The position numbers and the translations under genes were made by a program. This document shows positions 27,537 through 48,450 of a stretch of 64,000 bases of DNA, piece after piece; position 1 is the first letter of the stretch, and each line of letters starts with the position of its first letter. The stretch comes from the human T2T-CHM13v2.0 reference genome, Homo sapiens. Location of the stretch: assembly GCF_009914755.1 (NCBI RefSeq), contig NC_060947.1; one strand, 5' to 3'. The notes beneath the pieces were generated by a model. That model was given only the letters and a program-made list of their open reading frames with translations. It did no database searches and had not been told where the DNA came from.

Positions 27537-28788
27537 TAAACTTGTTGTGGCTTTAAGACTTCCAAGTGTGTGGTCGTTTATTACAGCAGCCCTAAGATAG
27601 ATAGATAGATATAGATAGATTTATTTTACTTTAAGTTGCAAGATACATATGCAGAACATGCAGGTTTGTTACATAGGTATACATGTGCCATGCTGGTTTC
27701 CTGCACCCATCAACCCGTCATCTAGGTTTTAAGCCCTGCTTGCATTAGAAATGGGGTTTCGCCATGTTGGCCAGGCTGGTCTTGAACTCCTGACATCATG
27801 ATCCACCCACCTCGGCCTCCCAAAGTGCTGGGATTACAGGCGTGAGCCACCGCGGCTGACCTTTATTGCTCTTTCTATGTAAAACCAGAAAAGCCAACAA
27901 AGCTATTTCCCGTAATGACATGCCCAAGTCCTAACCCCCAAACACCGTGAATGTGAACTGATTTGCGAATAGGGTCTTGGTAGATGCATTCTCGTTAAGG
28001 ATATCAGGACAGGATCATCCCAGGTTCAGGACTGATGGACACTTCAAACTTTCATTCTATATTCTTTCACACGAGTAGTGTTGTTTGGCTCTGAGAAGCA
28101 CTTTCATTTTTATTTCCAGGCAATTTCATATCGTTCTCTTCAATTCAGTGAGTGCAAAAGAAGCAAGACAGGGAGTAATATAAAATTACTGCTAATAGAA
28201 AATTCACTTTTAATCTTGCTTAAAACAAGTTTTTTTGTTTTTTGTTTTTTTGTAAAATGAAGGAGAGAGCTGAACTTCAAGGATGCGAATTTATTTCCAC
28301 ACAGGGGAGAAACACTGATTGGAGAAAATTTACAGTTGCTGTTTAGACACTTGAGCCTCAGGATCGAGAAAAGGTGCACCTCTTAGATGGGCCTTAAATT
28401 GGAGATGATGATATCTAACCACCTGGAGATGGGAAAGTAGGTGTCACTCAATGCTGAACGGTGCTACTCATCTGTGAGATTGTATAATGAAGTTTTGGAG
28501 ACTGAGCCTGTACCTTCATCTGTTCTTTAACCAATGCACACTTAACAAGCACGTCATGTTTAGCTGCTCAGCAGAGCTTCCTTCTTCAGAAACAGAGACG
28601 GGGTGCGGAGGCATTTTACAACCCAGGGGGCTCCAGCTTCATAGACTGTCTTGTGAGGATCTATGCTGTTACTCTGAGGATCAGCGTTGGTTTTCCAAGT
28701 CCTTCATGAACATAACAAGTCAATGATAAGACGACAAGTTCCACCGCTGTGCCTCAGCTGAGACAAAAAAAAAAAAAAGCTGGAATCA

Positions 28789-29211
<423 letters not shown>

Positions 29212-29229
29212 TCAGGTTAAAATGTAAGC

Positions 29230-29605
29230 CTCAGTGCTGGATGGGAGGTCGAATGGGAGGGGTTTGAGCAACGGACGATGGATTCTTCCTGAAGAGATCA
29301 ATGTCCTTTCTTGAAGCATGAGTGAGTTTTTACTCTATGAGTTCTCCACAGGCTGGTTGTTAAATAGAGCCTGGCGTCTCCCGTCTGTCTTCCCTCCTGT
29401 CTCTTCGTGTGGTCTCTGTACACATACCAGCTCCCCTTCCCGTTCCACCATGAGTGGAAGCCTCCTGAGGTCCTCAGCAGAGACAGATGCTGGCCCTGTG
29501 CTTCTTGTACAGCCTGCAGAATCATAACCCAAATAAACCTCTTTCCTCTATAAATTATCCAGCCTCCAGTGTTCCTTTCTAGTGACACAAAACCGACGAA
29601 GACAC
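29230..29605 (+). mobile_element. MST (MaLR) LTR fragment
   Basis: CCACCATGAGTGGAAGCCTCCTGAGG..CTTCTTGTACAGCCTGCAGAA..AAATAAACCTCTTTCCTCTATAAATTA. Confidence 0.8.
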
Positions 29606-29839
29606 CCCAGCTCTCTCTACCATGGGGTATTTATGTCACTAGTGATGACCGTCCTGACAAGGGGCCAGCCCTGCAGTTCCCACGAGACCACCTACTTCCC
29701 ACTCCCCATATGAGCTCAGAAACTTCCGGAAGCTGGTACACTCATGGAATGATAATCCATATAATTTCCGCAACGAGATGTGATGTAGTATCATGCTTAC
29801 TTAAGTGATCCTGAATATACTCTTTTTGTGTGTTTTTCT

Positions 29840-31190
<1,351 letters not shown>

Positions 31191-32014
31191 GTGTGCGTCT
31201 GTCTGTGTGTGTGTGTGTATATATATATATGATGTCCATCAATATATACAATGTCCAATGTTCTGGAGTCCACAGTCAGTAATGTCCATCAAGGTACATA
31301 CACACGTTCACGGACATTATTGCCTGTGGACATCAGAATCTTGACCCACACCTAGGAAATGACTGCATTCAACGTCAGGCGACTGGACTCCCCGCCAGAC
31401 ACCCGCCATTGAGAACAAATAATAAAAGCCACAGTCTTCACCTTGCAAATTGATATTTGGACTTTTGTCATTCAAGGATGCTTTCAATGGTTCGTGTCTA
31501 CTAGGCTTGGGAGAAAGATAGGCTCGTGAGAGGAGACATCAGACAACTGGCAAATCAGAGGTAGATGAAGCAACAAAAGGAAGGAAAAAGAGTGTGGAAA
31601 TACCAGCCAACGAGCTGGTGTTCCCAATGGGACCTATGAAAAGATGTTTTGCAGGTGGAGAGAAGAAAGAGGAGACGCAAGCATTTGAGCTGAGCAAGGA
31701 ATATTGCCTGCATTGCGGAGGACCAAGAATGGACAATATCACCAGGTTAGCCTCCTGGGAAATGCTGCACGGGTGGCAGGTTCAGCAAATCAAGGCAGGG
31801 GGAGAAAATGGCTGCCGCTCTCTCTCCAGTTTGCGATCCTGGGAAGTTAGGGTGCACGGGTTTACTGGGCTTTGATTTCCTCAGAGGACTGGTTTTACTT
31901 ACACACAGCAGGAAGCCATAATACAAGGGGCTCTTTTCCCACCACAGGCATCAAGCTGAATCACCGCACACGCTTGCATTCCAGACTCATGTTCTCCAGA
32001 GCTTACAGGTTGGG

Positions 32015-32400
32015 ATGGGACCACTGTAACCCATGACCCCAAACTAGGGAGCTTACAAAAGCAGCCATTTAACCTCTCCCAGTCCTGGAGACTACATCTG
32101 TGAAATCGAGGTGCCTACAGGGACATGCTCCCTGCTCTAGGGAAGAATTCTTCCTGCCTCTCCCAGCTCCTGGGGGCTCCAGGCATCCCTGGGCTTATGG
32201 CCGCATCACTCCAGTCTCTGCCTCCGTCTCCACGTGGCCTTCTCCTCTGTGTCTGTGTCTCCTCTTCCGTCTCTTACAAGGACACCTGTCATTAGATTTA
32301 GGATCCACTGCAATCCAGGATGATCTCATCTCCAGATCCTTTTTTACATCTGCAAAGACCTTATTTCCAAATAAAAAATCACATGTACAGATTCAAGGTG
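32015..32400 (-). mobile_element. MLT1B/C-like LTR
   Basis: TTCTTCCTGCCTCTCCCAGCTCCTGGGGGCTCCAGGCATCCCT..ACATCTGCAAAGACCTTATTTCCAAATAA. Confidence 0.8.
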
Positions 32401-32474
32401 AACTTGTCTTTTTTTTTTTTTGGTGGGGGTGGGGGTAAAATAGAGGCACCATTCAATCCACTACAGGGGTTGAG

Positions 32475-32569
32475 AAGAAATAAAATATTACAAAATGCTC
32501 CCTGATAAGAAATAAAATATTACAAAATGCTTCCTGATAAGAAATAAAATATTACAAAATGCTTCCTGA
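32475..32569 (+). repeat. 32-bp AT-rich tandem repeat, 3 copies
   Basis: AAGAAATAAAATATTACAAAATGCTYCCTGAT at 32475, 32507, 32539. Confidence 0.9.
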
Positions 32570-32575
32570 ATGTGA

Positions 32576-32830
<255 letters not shown>

Positions 32831-33727
32831 TGATCTGTCCGCCTCGGCCTCCCAATGTGCTGGGATTACAGGCGTGAGCCACCTCGCCCGGCCGATTTAG
32901 AAGCTTTTGTTTGTGGGCGTGAAGGTTCAGTAAGAGCTTCCTCTAGTCCTTGTCAAGATCAAAATTAAAGGCATTATAAACAGAGATGCCTATCTGTCGG
33001 CCACATATCCAGAAAATAAATGCTGAGATGAGAATTCTGGCTTCTGAATAGGAGTCTGATATCTGCATTTGGTGTTGCCAAAGCAAGCCCTGACTTCTCT
33101 CTTCTCTCATTGAGACAGAGCACACACCCTCACTCCTTGTGTCTCTGAGTCACATGTATCGGGCCATACTCACCTGATACCTCACGGATTGTCCCGGGGC
33201 TAGTTCTATTTCTAGCTCCTGGGCAGGACGGTGACCATGAGTTCGACGGTGCCCAGCAAGCCCATCTGGCCAGCACTTATCTGCCTTTGGGTACAGCCTG
33301 CCCTTTCTCCCAAGTGTCTGAGCATAAAAATAGCCCACCATGTCAACCCCGCAGATGACAAGCATGTGAGTGGCTAGTTTCTGCCTGAGAACTCTCCCGA
33401 GGTCTCCCTGAACACTCACGGATGCCTGGGCTGGCCCAAGATGCAGCAGTAGGTCACTGACAGACTCTCTTCCATTTATTCACAGTTTCCATGATTCCCA
33501 CGCTCATAGCATCGACATAACAAAAGCAAAGTTAAGCTACAGACTCTGCTCCCGCCCCAACCTCTCTAATAGCTGCTAACAGAGCCAATGGATTGTTTTT
33601 TTCAACTTGCAACTTAAACACAACTTTGCCTTCTCCCTGAGTCTTTTAATTCAAACATTCAGTCATTCTCCATCAGGTATGCACAGGAGATACAAAATCA
33701 ATATGATAACGGTCTTCAGGTTGTGGG

Positions 33728-34136
33728 TGACAGAGCGGGAGCATGGCCATCTTGAACAAACACCACCATTCTAGGCTCCCCTTGATTAAAAACCGCCTAA
33801 ATCCAGCCCGAAAACATCAGCCTCATGACTCATGTCAGCATAACCAGAAACATTCCAACCCTAAGATAAACCCGTCTCCGACCAAAAACATACCAACCCT
33901 GAGACAGCCTCCCCTCTGACCAGAGATATTCAACCCTGCAATAAACTCTCCCTCACATACAAACATTCTGAACCTATGATAAGCACCCCCTTCCAAAACC
34001 CTTAAATGTGCTTAGTCTATAAGAGAGAAGAGCTCTGACCTAACTCAGCCAGAAGCCCCTCTCAGGTTTCTCTAAAATAAACCTGTGTTTAACTGTCAAG
34101 TGACATTTCATGCTTCTTTCCTCTTTAATTCTTACA
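33728..34136 (+). mobile_element. ERV1-type solo LTR (subfamily uncertain, LTR38-like)
   Basis: TGACAGAGCGGGAGCATGGCCATCTTG..AATAAACC..TTCTTACA; near-identical flanks GTGGG/GTGAG. Confidence 0.7.
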
Positions 34137-34142
34137 GTGAGT

Positions 34143-34919
34143 GTGTAGAGCACGCTTGACATAAGTGACTCCACCTTAGAAAAAGATTCCATGTTACATT
34201 TCATTCAAAAGGCATCATGCCTACAGGAGCCAGATGTTCACCTGATCAATAAAGACCACATCCAAACAGTTAAGGACACAACCAAACACCCTCTTCCATT
34301 GTCAATCCTCACCAGAGGACTCTGTGGTCATGAAAGAACAGGGCTTCAGCAGCTCCAAATGGCTACCTTAACAGATGCCATCTTGCTGTCACTTGTAATC
34401 ATTACGCAGCATCCACCGCAAAAGGCTCTGCCCCACTGATATCAAAGGCTCTTCCTTGCAAGATGGCGACCACTGATGGTCCTCCAGGGCCAGGCCAGGA
34501 GACTTTTTTTTGTCCACATCAATATCCCTGTGCTCCTTTGTTAAGCTTTTTCCTACCCCTTTTCTCTTGATGATAAATGTTACGTTGTTTGATGTAGAAT
34601 GTTTAATCTATAACATGCATATATTGGTGAAGTGTATTAGTATGTATAGGTTGCAATACTGACTGACTTGGGTCACAGCAGGAGCCTGTGCGCCTGTAGC
34701 TCTGACTAAATGCTGCCGGCACACAGGCTCCAGTACTCCAAGGGCTCAAGCCATTTCAGTACTAAATGGGAAGTCCTAAGGAGAATTGCCTCCTTGAAAA
34801 CTCCGTGCATCTCGGGGCTTCTGTAAACTGAAATAGCATCAATAAAAGGCTGAACTTGTGAAAAGACACAACCATACATGGGCCTGGTTTTCTATCTCTG
34901 ACCTTGCACCACTCATGAG
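34143..34919 (+). mobile_element. Second adjacent LTR (ERVL-type, subfamily uncertain)
   Basis: GTGACTCCACCTTAGAAAAAGATTCC start, AATAAA at ~34841, end CTGACCTTGCACCACTCATGAGA. Confidence 0.55.
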
Positions 34920-35037
34920 AGTGGGCTCCAGCAAGCCAGCCAGCAGGAAAGACAGAAAAGGTGAAAACTGATTCAACAAAGGAAGGATACTTGAGCTAGA
35001 TTAAACATTTTATTACATTTTCTCTGAATTTTTAGCC

Positions 35038-35658
35038 CATCATCACGGGTCATTAGAGAAATGCAAATCAAAACCACAATGAAATACCAACTTATGCCAG
35101 TTAGAATGGCGATCACTAAAAAAGTCAGGAAACGAGAGATGCTGGAGAGGATGTGGAGAAATAGGAACGCTTTTACACTGTTATTGAGAGTGTAAATTAG
35201 TTCAACCATTGTGGAAGACAGTGGGGCGATTCCTCAAGAATCCAGAACCAGAAATACTATACGACCACAGACTGGATAAAGAAAATGTGGTACACAGACA
35301 CACCATGGAATACTATGCAGCCATAAAAAGGATGGGTTCATGTCCTTTGCAGGGACATGGATGAAGCTGGAAACCATCATTCTCAGCAAACTAACACAAG
35401 AACAGAAAAGCAAACACCACATGTTCTCACTCATAAGTGAGAGTTGAACAATGAGAACACATGGACACAGGGTGGGGAACATCACACACCAGGGTCTGTC
35501 AGGGGGTCAGGGGCTAGTGGAGGTATAGCATTAGGAGAAATACCTAATGTAGATGATGGGTTGATGGGTGCAGCAACCCACCATGGCACATGTATACCTA
35601 TGTAACAAACCTGCACGTTCTGCACATGTACCCCAGAACTTAAAGTATATAAAAAGAA

Positions 35659-35660
<2 letters not shown>
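35038..35660 (+). mobile_element. L1PA 3' end (internally deleted), followed by (TA)n
   Basis: CATTAGAGAAATGCAAATCAAAACCACAATG..CATGTACCCCAGAACTTAAAGTAT. Confidence 0.9.
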
Positions 35661-35692
<32 letters not shown>

Positions 35693-35984
35693 TGTATTTA
35701 TTTAATAAAATTTCAAATTAATGATGTAAAAATTTTGAATTTTATAAATTTGAATATGACTTGGCCTGTGACAGAGACAGAGGCCACAAGACCCCTGCAG
35801 TCTACCCTATACCCTGCTGCCACAGTGACCTCCCTAACATACACACCTGATCACAAGTCCCCTCAGAGCAGCTTCCATGGCTTCCCCTGCCTCTTGAAAT
35901 ACTGCCCAACTTGTGTTCTGTCTGGGTACTCTTGTTCTGAGGCACCCTTGATCCTTGATTTTATAAGTCCACTTGGCTGAGCCA

Positions 35985-36765
35985 TGGTGCCCACATATGT
36001 GATTAAATGTTCTTCTGGGTGTTTCTTTGAGGTTGCTTTAAATGAGATAAATATCGAAATCAGGAGACTTTGAGTAAAGGAATTGGTGGGTAGGCCTGGT
36101 CTAATCAGTTGAAGGTCATAATAGAACAAAAGACTGGGCTGGGTGCAGTGGCTCACACCTATAATCCCAGCACTTTGGGCAGCTGAGGCAGGTGGATCAT
36201 CTGAGGTCAGGAGTTTGAGATCAGCCTGGCCAACATGGTGAAACCTTGTCTCTACCAAAAAAATAAAAATAAATTAGCTGGGCGTGGTGGTGTGTGCCTA
36301 TAATCACAACTACTCGGGAGGATGAGGCAGAAGAATTGCTCAAACCTGGGAGATAGAAGTTGCATTGAGCCGAGATCGCACCGAGATCGCATCGTACCCC
36401 AGCCTGGGCAACAAGAGTGAAACTCTGTCTCAAAAAAAAAAAAAAAAAATCTAAATCAGTACACTTTGAGTAAAGCAATTTGTCCTTCCTATGGTGGGTG
36501 GGCCTGGTCCAATCAGTTGAAGGTCTGACTAGAACAGAAGACTAATGTTACCTGAGCCAGAAGGGATTCTGCCAACAGATGGACTTTGGACTCCAACTAC
36601 ATCATCAGCTCCTCCCTGGGTCTCCAGCTGGCTGGTCTACCCCATACATCTTGAGACTTGCCAGCCTCCATCACCATATGAGCAAAATTCCTTAAAATAA
36701 ATGTGCTTTCTATCAGTACACACATCATATTGGTTCTATTTCTCTGCAGTATCTTGACTCAGACA
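35985..36765 (+). mobile_element. MLT2 LTR with Alu insertion
   Basis: AATCAGTTGAAGG..CTCCCTGGGTCTCCAGC..GCCAGCCTCCATCACCATATGAGC..TTGGTTCTATTTCTCTG. Confidence 0.8.
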
Positions 36766-37439
36766 CACAGTTCCCTGGTTCTGCGGCACCCACCTCCCGT
36801 GGTATCCTTGTTCTGTAAGAAATTAGTAAGTTTTAGGTGAACGCCAAGGAGGAATTTCATCCAGGAAAGCTCTTTGCCTCCTTGTAGACCCGATGAATTT
36901 CTACTCACTCTCTAAAATTTAACTCAAATACATGTATTTTCTGATAATGTTTCTAACTCTATGAGCAAAACCAGGCATCTCACTCCATGGCATCTGGACA
37001 CGCAGCTACAGAGGTGCATCTGACATGCCCCTGAGTTGTTATGTACCATCTTCCCCTGACTGTGAATCTCTTAGGAATGACATCCATAAAAATGCAATGT
37101 GCCATCCAGGATTTAATACGTGCTCAAATATTGCCGAGTGTGGTTTTTCTCGTCTCTGTTTTCACAGTCCAGGCTGGCACCATTTCTCTGCAAATCAGTG
37201 TATTTTTCACCCACCTGATTTTCCTGCCCCCAGCCTCCCCTCCCACAAGGCGCCTTGAAGCTGCTGTCAAGCTCAATCTCCTGAAGATAGCCCAAATCCT
37301 TCCCGCAGCCTTTGGAAAGCCTCCCATAGCTTCTTCTCCCAGCAAATCTAAGTAAACTACAAGGTGACTCCCATGTTCCCCTCCCCATTTTTCCTGTTTG
37401 TAGGGATGTTGTATGAGTCTGGTTTTTTTTTTGTTGTTG

Positions 37440-37826
37440 TTGTTTAATACTTTAAGTCCTGGGGTACATGTGCAGAACATGCAGGTTACATAGGTATCCA
37501 TGTGCCATGGTGGTTTGCTGCACCTATCAACCCGTCATCTACATTAGGTATTTCTCCTAATGCTATCCCTCCCCCAGTCCCCTACTCCCCGACAGGCCCC
37601 AGTGTGTGATGTTCCCCTCCCTGTGTCCATGTGTTCTCATTGTTCAACTCCCACTTATGAGTGAGAACATGAGGTGTTTGGTTTTCTGTCCTTGTGATAG
37701 TTTGCTGAGAATGATGGTTTCCAGCTTCATCCATGTCCCTGCAAAGGACATGAACTCATTCTTTTTTATGGCTGCATAGTATTCCATGGTGTCTCTGTGC
37801 CATATTGTCTTTACACAATCTATGGT
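37440..37826 (-). mobile_element. L1PA 3' end
   Basis: TACTTTAAGTCCTGGGGTACATGTGCAGAAC; peptide WMKLETIILSKLSQGQKTKH. Confidence 0.92.
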
Positions 37827-37865
37827 CAAATAGTATTTGATATAGATAAGGATGGATAAATAAAG

Positions 37866-38647
<782 letters not shown>

Positions 38648-39839
38648 TTAGACTGTAGGCTCCCTGTTGGAACCACCCTGCTCGTGGACAATCACTGCTG
38701 TCTTGGTAATGAACACCCCCTACATATCTGCTTCACTATAGAGCTGCTGCCTCCAGAAACCCCATACACCCATGCGTTCTGGCAGTGCCAACGGCTGGAA
38801 ATTGCTGCCCACTCCTCAGCCAAACCCACAGTCAGGCAGGGAACCCAAGCCAGGCCAATTGGGTCCCTGCCTTGGGATAGTCCAACGTAACATAAGAAAA
38901 AGACAGTGTGTTAGTATTATAGGCAAAGCAAGGCAAAAGAGAATAGAGAAGCAGCTCGGGTAAGAGACTAAAGCTTCTCTGCAGGAAGAGGAGACCCCAG
39001 AGATAGGAAGCTGGCATCCTGGAAAGGTTGGACTCTGTGTTCTGGCCTCTGAGAAGAAAGTGATCACTAAGCTTGGTGCAGATTAAACATAGAAGCAAAG
39101 GCTCTTCTGGCTTAAGTGGATCAAGCTGGGGTCAGTCGCTTGCAGCCAGGGTTTTGATGCATTTGTTCGTTCTCTCTGGATGGGGTCAGTCCCTCGCAGC
39201 CAGAATTCTGAGGCGTGCGCTCCTATTGTCTGGATGTGTGGGGTTTTATTTACTTTCTTTCAAAAGAAAAGTAGATAGAAAGGCTCAAAAGGATGGGGGC
39301 AGGGGAAAGACCTCCCAGCAATAAGAAAGAGGTCCAGGCAGCAACCATACAGGAAGAAGCAAAAATGAAACTGGAAAGTCAGAATGAAAAACTGCCCAAT
39401 GTCTGCTATATTATTTTCTTGTTTTGCAAAGAAAGGAGGTCCAAAGCCCTTGTGGGTCTCTTATTTTTATTTTTATTTTTTTTATTTTGTTTTGTTGAGA
39501 GAGCCTGTTGCCCAGGCTGGAGTGCAGTGGCACGATCTCGGCTCACGGCAACCTCCGCCTCCCAGGTTCAAGGTATTCTCCCTCCTCAGCCTCCCACGTA
39601 ACTGGGATTTCAGGCACCCACGACCACACTCAGCTAATTTTTGTATTTTTAGTAGAGACGACATTTCACCACGTTGGCCAAGCTGGTCTCAAACTCCTGA
39701 CCTCAGGTGCTCCGCTTGCCTCAGCCTCCCAAAGTGCTGGGATTACAAGCATGAGCCACCGCGCCCGGCTGTGGGTCTCTTTTTGCACAGCTGGGACAGG
39801 GAAGAAGAAAACTTGTGTTCCTCTGCCACTGTTTCCTGC

Positions 39840-41550
<1,711 letters not shown>

Positions 41551-41554
41551 TCAA

Positions 41555-42040
41555 CACGTATGTTTATTGCAATACTATTTATAACAGCAAAGACTTGGAA
41601 CCAACCCAAATGTCCATCAATGATAAGACTGGATAAAGAAAATGTGGTATGTAGACACTATGGAATACTACGCAGCCATAAAAAAGGATGAGTTCATCTC
41701 CTCTGCAGGGACATGGATGAAGCTGGAAACTGTTATTCTCAGCAAACTAACAGAGGAACAGAAAACCAAACACTGCCTGTTTTCACTCATAAGTGGGAGT
41801 TGAACAATGAGAACACATGGACACAGGGAAGGGAACATCACACACCGGGGCCTGTCAGGGAGCTGGGGGCAAGGGGAGGGAGGGCATTAGGGCAAATACT
41901 TAATGCATGCAGGGCTTAAAACGTAGAAGATTGGTTGATAGGCGCAGCAAACCACCATGGCACACGCACACCTATGTAACGAACCTGCACGTTCTGCACA
42001 TGTATCCCAGAACTTAGAGTAAAATTAAAAAGAAAGAAAG
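41555..42040 (+). mobile_element. L1PA 3' end
   Basis: AAAGACTTGGAACCAACCCAAATGTCCATCAATG..CACATGTATCCCAGAACTTAGAGTAAAA. Confidence 0.9.
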
Positions 42041-44353
42041 TCAAAGACAGTTTTGTAAATGTTCGGCTACATCGTAACATTCAAAATGAGACTGGCCAAC
42101 TTTCCCTATCTGCTTTGATGAGTCCATCAGAATACTTGTAATATGTGGACTAAGTCTTTAAATAAAAACACCTGCTTATAAATATGCCTGAATAACATGA
42201 GCTCTGGCACTTGTCAGCCTCAGACAGGTCATGACTCAGTAAAGGATGGAACACTTCCTTGCTGACACAGACTTGGAGATTGAGAAAGCAACACAGGCCA
42301 CCCAATGGGAGAAAGAGGACATGGTACAGTGAAAGGCCAGTGTGCTGGACATGGGGAGGGCCATGCTATGCACTCTGGTGTCTGGATTAACCACTGGGAC
42401 CAGCCCTGACTTCCTGCATGGCTGAAGAGGAGGCTGATGATGCATTGGGAGTTGGCATCCTGGCTCTCAGTGCTGGAACCCTGGACCACCTGGGTGAGAC
42501 TACCAGACTGAGAGCCCTCCCTGCCCTTACTCTGTCGCCCAGGCTGGAGTGCAGTGGCGCAATCCCAACTCACTGCAACCTCCACCTCCTCGATTCAAGC
42601 GATTCTCCAGCCTCAGCCTCCTGAGTAGCTGGAATTACAGATGCCCAACACTACACCCGGCTAATTTTTGTATTTTTAGTAGAGACAGGGTTCCACCATA
42701 ACAGCCAGGCTGGTCTCAAACTCCTGACCTCAGGTGATCCACCCGCCTCGGCCTCCCAAAGTGCTGGGGTTACAGGCGTGAGTCACCGTGCCCGGCCTGG
42801 AACATTTGTTGTTTCAATAAACAGCTGTGCATTTTTGCCCCCTAAAAGCACCATTGGACGACCACAATCCCAGGCCTGATGCTGGCAGTCATAGGGGATC
42901 AGATGTCCTCCCGTATTCTCTATCCACAAAACAGGAAGCTTAGCTGATGACTCCTGGAGGCACACTCAACCCTAAACTATGATATAATCCTGCAGGAAAA
43001 TAAATGGTATCCCAAGATGTTCAGTATGAAAATGCATGTGGCTTTGTGGGTATTTTGCAAAGAAGCGAATGGGATAGTATCTGTTTTCTTCACTACAATC
43101 TCAGGGAATGACTCATGGAAACATCAGTGATCCGCAAGCAGATTATGGTTAAACTAAAACTCCTACGAGGCTGTCTCCAAAAACTTGAGCTATCTGAGGT
43201 GCTTCATCAACAGAGGTGTGAAAATACCGTCCTACTTGCCGGGCTGAGGGCCTGGGAGCTTACGGGTGACTCAGCTTTGCTTAGTATCACTGCTCACCAT
43301 GCGACAATTCTGTGAAGTTCTTCAGACATGCAGGATCAACGCACAGTGTTACAGATCATCTGACACTTCTTCCTACCAACAAGTGTCTGCAGGCGTAGCT
43401 GCTGGGCTGCCTTGCTGGAACTTATCAGGGTGGAAACTCTTTGGGGTGAGAATACCACGTTTCGGCGTCTTCAGGGGATACAGCAGAGGTGTGTTGAATG
43501 CTACGGTGATAGCTACAAGCACAGGCAAAGGCTCCTACAGCAAATAAAACAGACCTACAAGACCAGCCACAGTAGATGAAGGGCTATAGGGACCAGCATG
43601 GGCATTCGGACCAGCACGGGCATTGAGAACAGCAGTTCAGCTTAAGCCACAAAACTTCAATTCTCCTTAAAATCTACAAGAGTCCATCTGAACCACCAAA
43701 GTTTTGGCCAAACCCAAGACCAAGAGTCCAAAACCAGGCTGGACGCAGTGGCTCCTGCCTGTAGTCCCAGAACTTTGGGAAGCCATGGCAGGCAAGATGG
43801 CTTGAGCTCGGGAGTTTGAGACCAGCCTGGGACAAATGGCAAAACCTCATCTTTACAAAAAAAAATACAAATATTAGCAGGGCATGGTAGCACGTGCCTA
43901 CAGTCGTAGCTACTCGAGAGACTGAGGTGGGAAGATTGCTTGAGCCCGGAGGCAGAAATTGCAGTGAGCCAAGACTGCACTATTACACTTCAGCCTGGGC
44001 GACAGAGCCAGACCCTGTCTCAAAAAAAGAAAAAGGGTCCAACACCATCTTCCTGAAGCCATGTGTATGTCAGTAGAAGAAACCTTCAACCCCCTAGAGA
44101 ATCCAAAGGGGAGTGGGGAACTCAGGTGCTGTCCTCATTTACCCCGAAATGAAGTTGTGCAGGAAAAAAAGAAAAAAGCGTCCAGGAATTCAGAACATGC
44201 TTATTATCCTAGTGAGACCCAAGGTTCCATTTGCTACAGAAGCCTATGAAATAATTCCTAGGACAAAGGGTCACTAAGAAGTCATTCATCTTTTGGGTAA
44301 TAGTTGAAGGAGTCAGAAAACAGTCACACCAGTAGTTTAGGGAAGGATTATAG

Positions 44354-44491
<138 letters not shown>

Positions 44492-44890
44492 TAGGTGGGA
44501 CTACAGGCATGCACCACCACACCCAGCTAATTTTGTTTTTTTTAGTAGAGATGGGGTCTCTCCACGTTGGTCAGGCTGGTCTCGAACTCCTGACCTCAGG
44601 TGATCCTCCTGCCTTGGCCTCCCAAATTGCTGGGATTACAGGAGCCAGGCCTACACGTGGTTTTTAAGGGCCAGCAAATTATATGTATGCACACACCTCA
44701 GTTTGGAAGGAGAATGACTGAGTACCAGTGGGATACCAGGAGAGCCCAGGAAGAAGGCAGCGTATCCCTTCACAAGCCCCTTTCCATGACTTTTCTACAT
44801 GACTCCAGCAAGACTATGCTGGGGAGGAGGAGGAGACACAGGGCCTCGCCTGAGTATGGGTGCTGACTTGGTGCAAGAAGAGAAGGGTAG

Positions 44891-45553
<663 letters not shown>

Positions 45554-46318
45554 TAAGCAGCTGAAGAACTGAACGGATAAAACAAAGCCCTCAAAACCAC
45601 AGACACGTGTGTCCATGTCTGAGGTCCACGGGGCAAGGAGGAAAAAAGAACCAACTCACGCATCCTCCAGGGGTGAAGACTGGGCATTAAAATAAATGCC
45701 CGTATGGAGGGAAAATATCCATCTTGGGACTCATGGGAAAAACAGGCAAACACAAAAAACAGGAAAGTAATATTCCATAAAAAAGAAATGAAGAGCATCA
45801 GTTGAAATGAAGATTTATGTGGGGCGAGGCAGAAGGACCTGAGACCACTAATCCTTCACTATCTCAATTATAGCAAGAAATAGGTTGGAAGGAAAACACA
45901 AATATACAGCCTATAAAAGATACCCACAGAGGAGTAATTCAGGTGGAACATAAAAGAGATTTAAAGGTAAATAGAAACGAAAAGAAAGTCAGAGTCAAAA
46001 TATTATCAGGCCGGGCACAATGGCTCGCACCTGGAATCCCTGCATTTTGCGAAGCCAAGGAGGACGGATTGCTTGAGCTCAGGAGTTTGAGACTAGCCTG
46101 AGCAACATAGTGAGAGCCTGTTTCTACAAAAAATACAAAAATTAGCTATGCGTTGTGGCGCATGCCTGTAGTCCCAGCTACTCGGGAGGCTGAGGTGGGA
46201 CGATGTCTTCAGCCTGGGAGGCTAAGGTTGCAGTGAACCAAGATGGTGCCACTGCACTCCTGCCTGGGTGACAAGAGCGAGACCCCATCTAAAAAAAAAA
46301 AAAAAAAAAAAAGACTAT

Positions 46319-46366
46319 CATTACTTTTAATGGCAAAAACAGCAATTACTTTTGCACCAACCTAAT
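46319..46366. mobile_element. MADE1 (Hsmar1 MITE), one half
   Basis: CATTACTTTTAATGGCAAAAACAGCAATTACTTTTGCACCAACCTAATA. Confidence 0.85.
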
Positions 46367-46570
46367 ATATTCATATCAGATAAAAAATAATAAATTCAGA
46401 GCACAAAAATATTAAACGTTTAACAAAAGGGTTAATGCGGTAACATAATAAGAAGGGTGCCGGAAACGAGTAGGAGATATAACATCACATCCTAGAGAAG
46501 CCCGGACAATAGTAGACAGAGGGAAGATCAAAATCAAGAATGAGGAGACTCAGCTGGGTATGGTGGCTCA

Positions 46571-48098
<1,528 letters not shown>

Positions 48099-48099
48099 T

Positions 48100-48450
48100 A
48101 AATGGAAAGGTTTCGTGCAAAGAAAAAAAAAATCCCTGAGATAAAAACCCAGATCTGCCATTATAAGATGTATAGTAAGCCATACGATTTATTTTTAAAT
48201 GCCCATATGTCCATCAACCTCATCCTGATGAAACCGTGGAGCTTTAAAGATCAAGAGAAAATCCTAAAAGCATCAAGGGAGGAACAAAAAGGACATCTGC
48301 CAATGGAAAAGCAAATCAGGTGGAAAGAGCTCTTCGTCAATGTGAGATTTCAGTAAGGAATAAAGAAAGAGCTACAGAGTCCTGAATGACAAAGGATCTG
48401 AACAAATAACCCTAGACCCGATATGGGAAAACGAGATTTGTCTCAAACAC
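48100..48450 (+). mobile_element. Old L1M/HAL1 ORF1 remnant
   Basis: Peptide FKDQEKILKASREEQK..QIR resembles L1 ORF1p KDKEKILKAAREK. Confidence 0.6.

Noticed and set aside
43368-43534. Minus-strand acceptor TTTTATTTGCTGTAG with a ~53-codon open frame and weak donor
   Set aside because: Peptide not recognised and donor mediocre; cryptic sites like this are common
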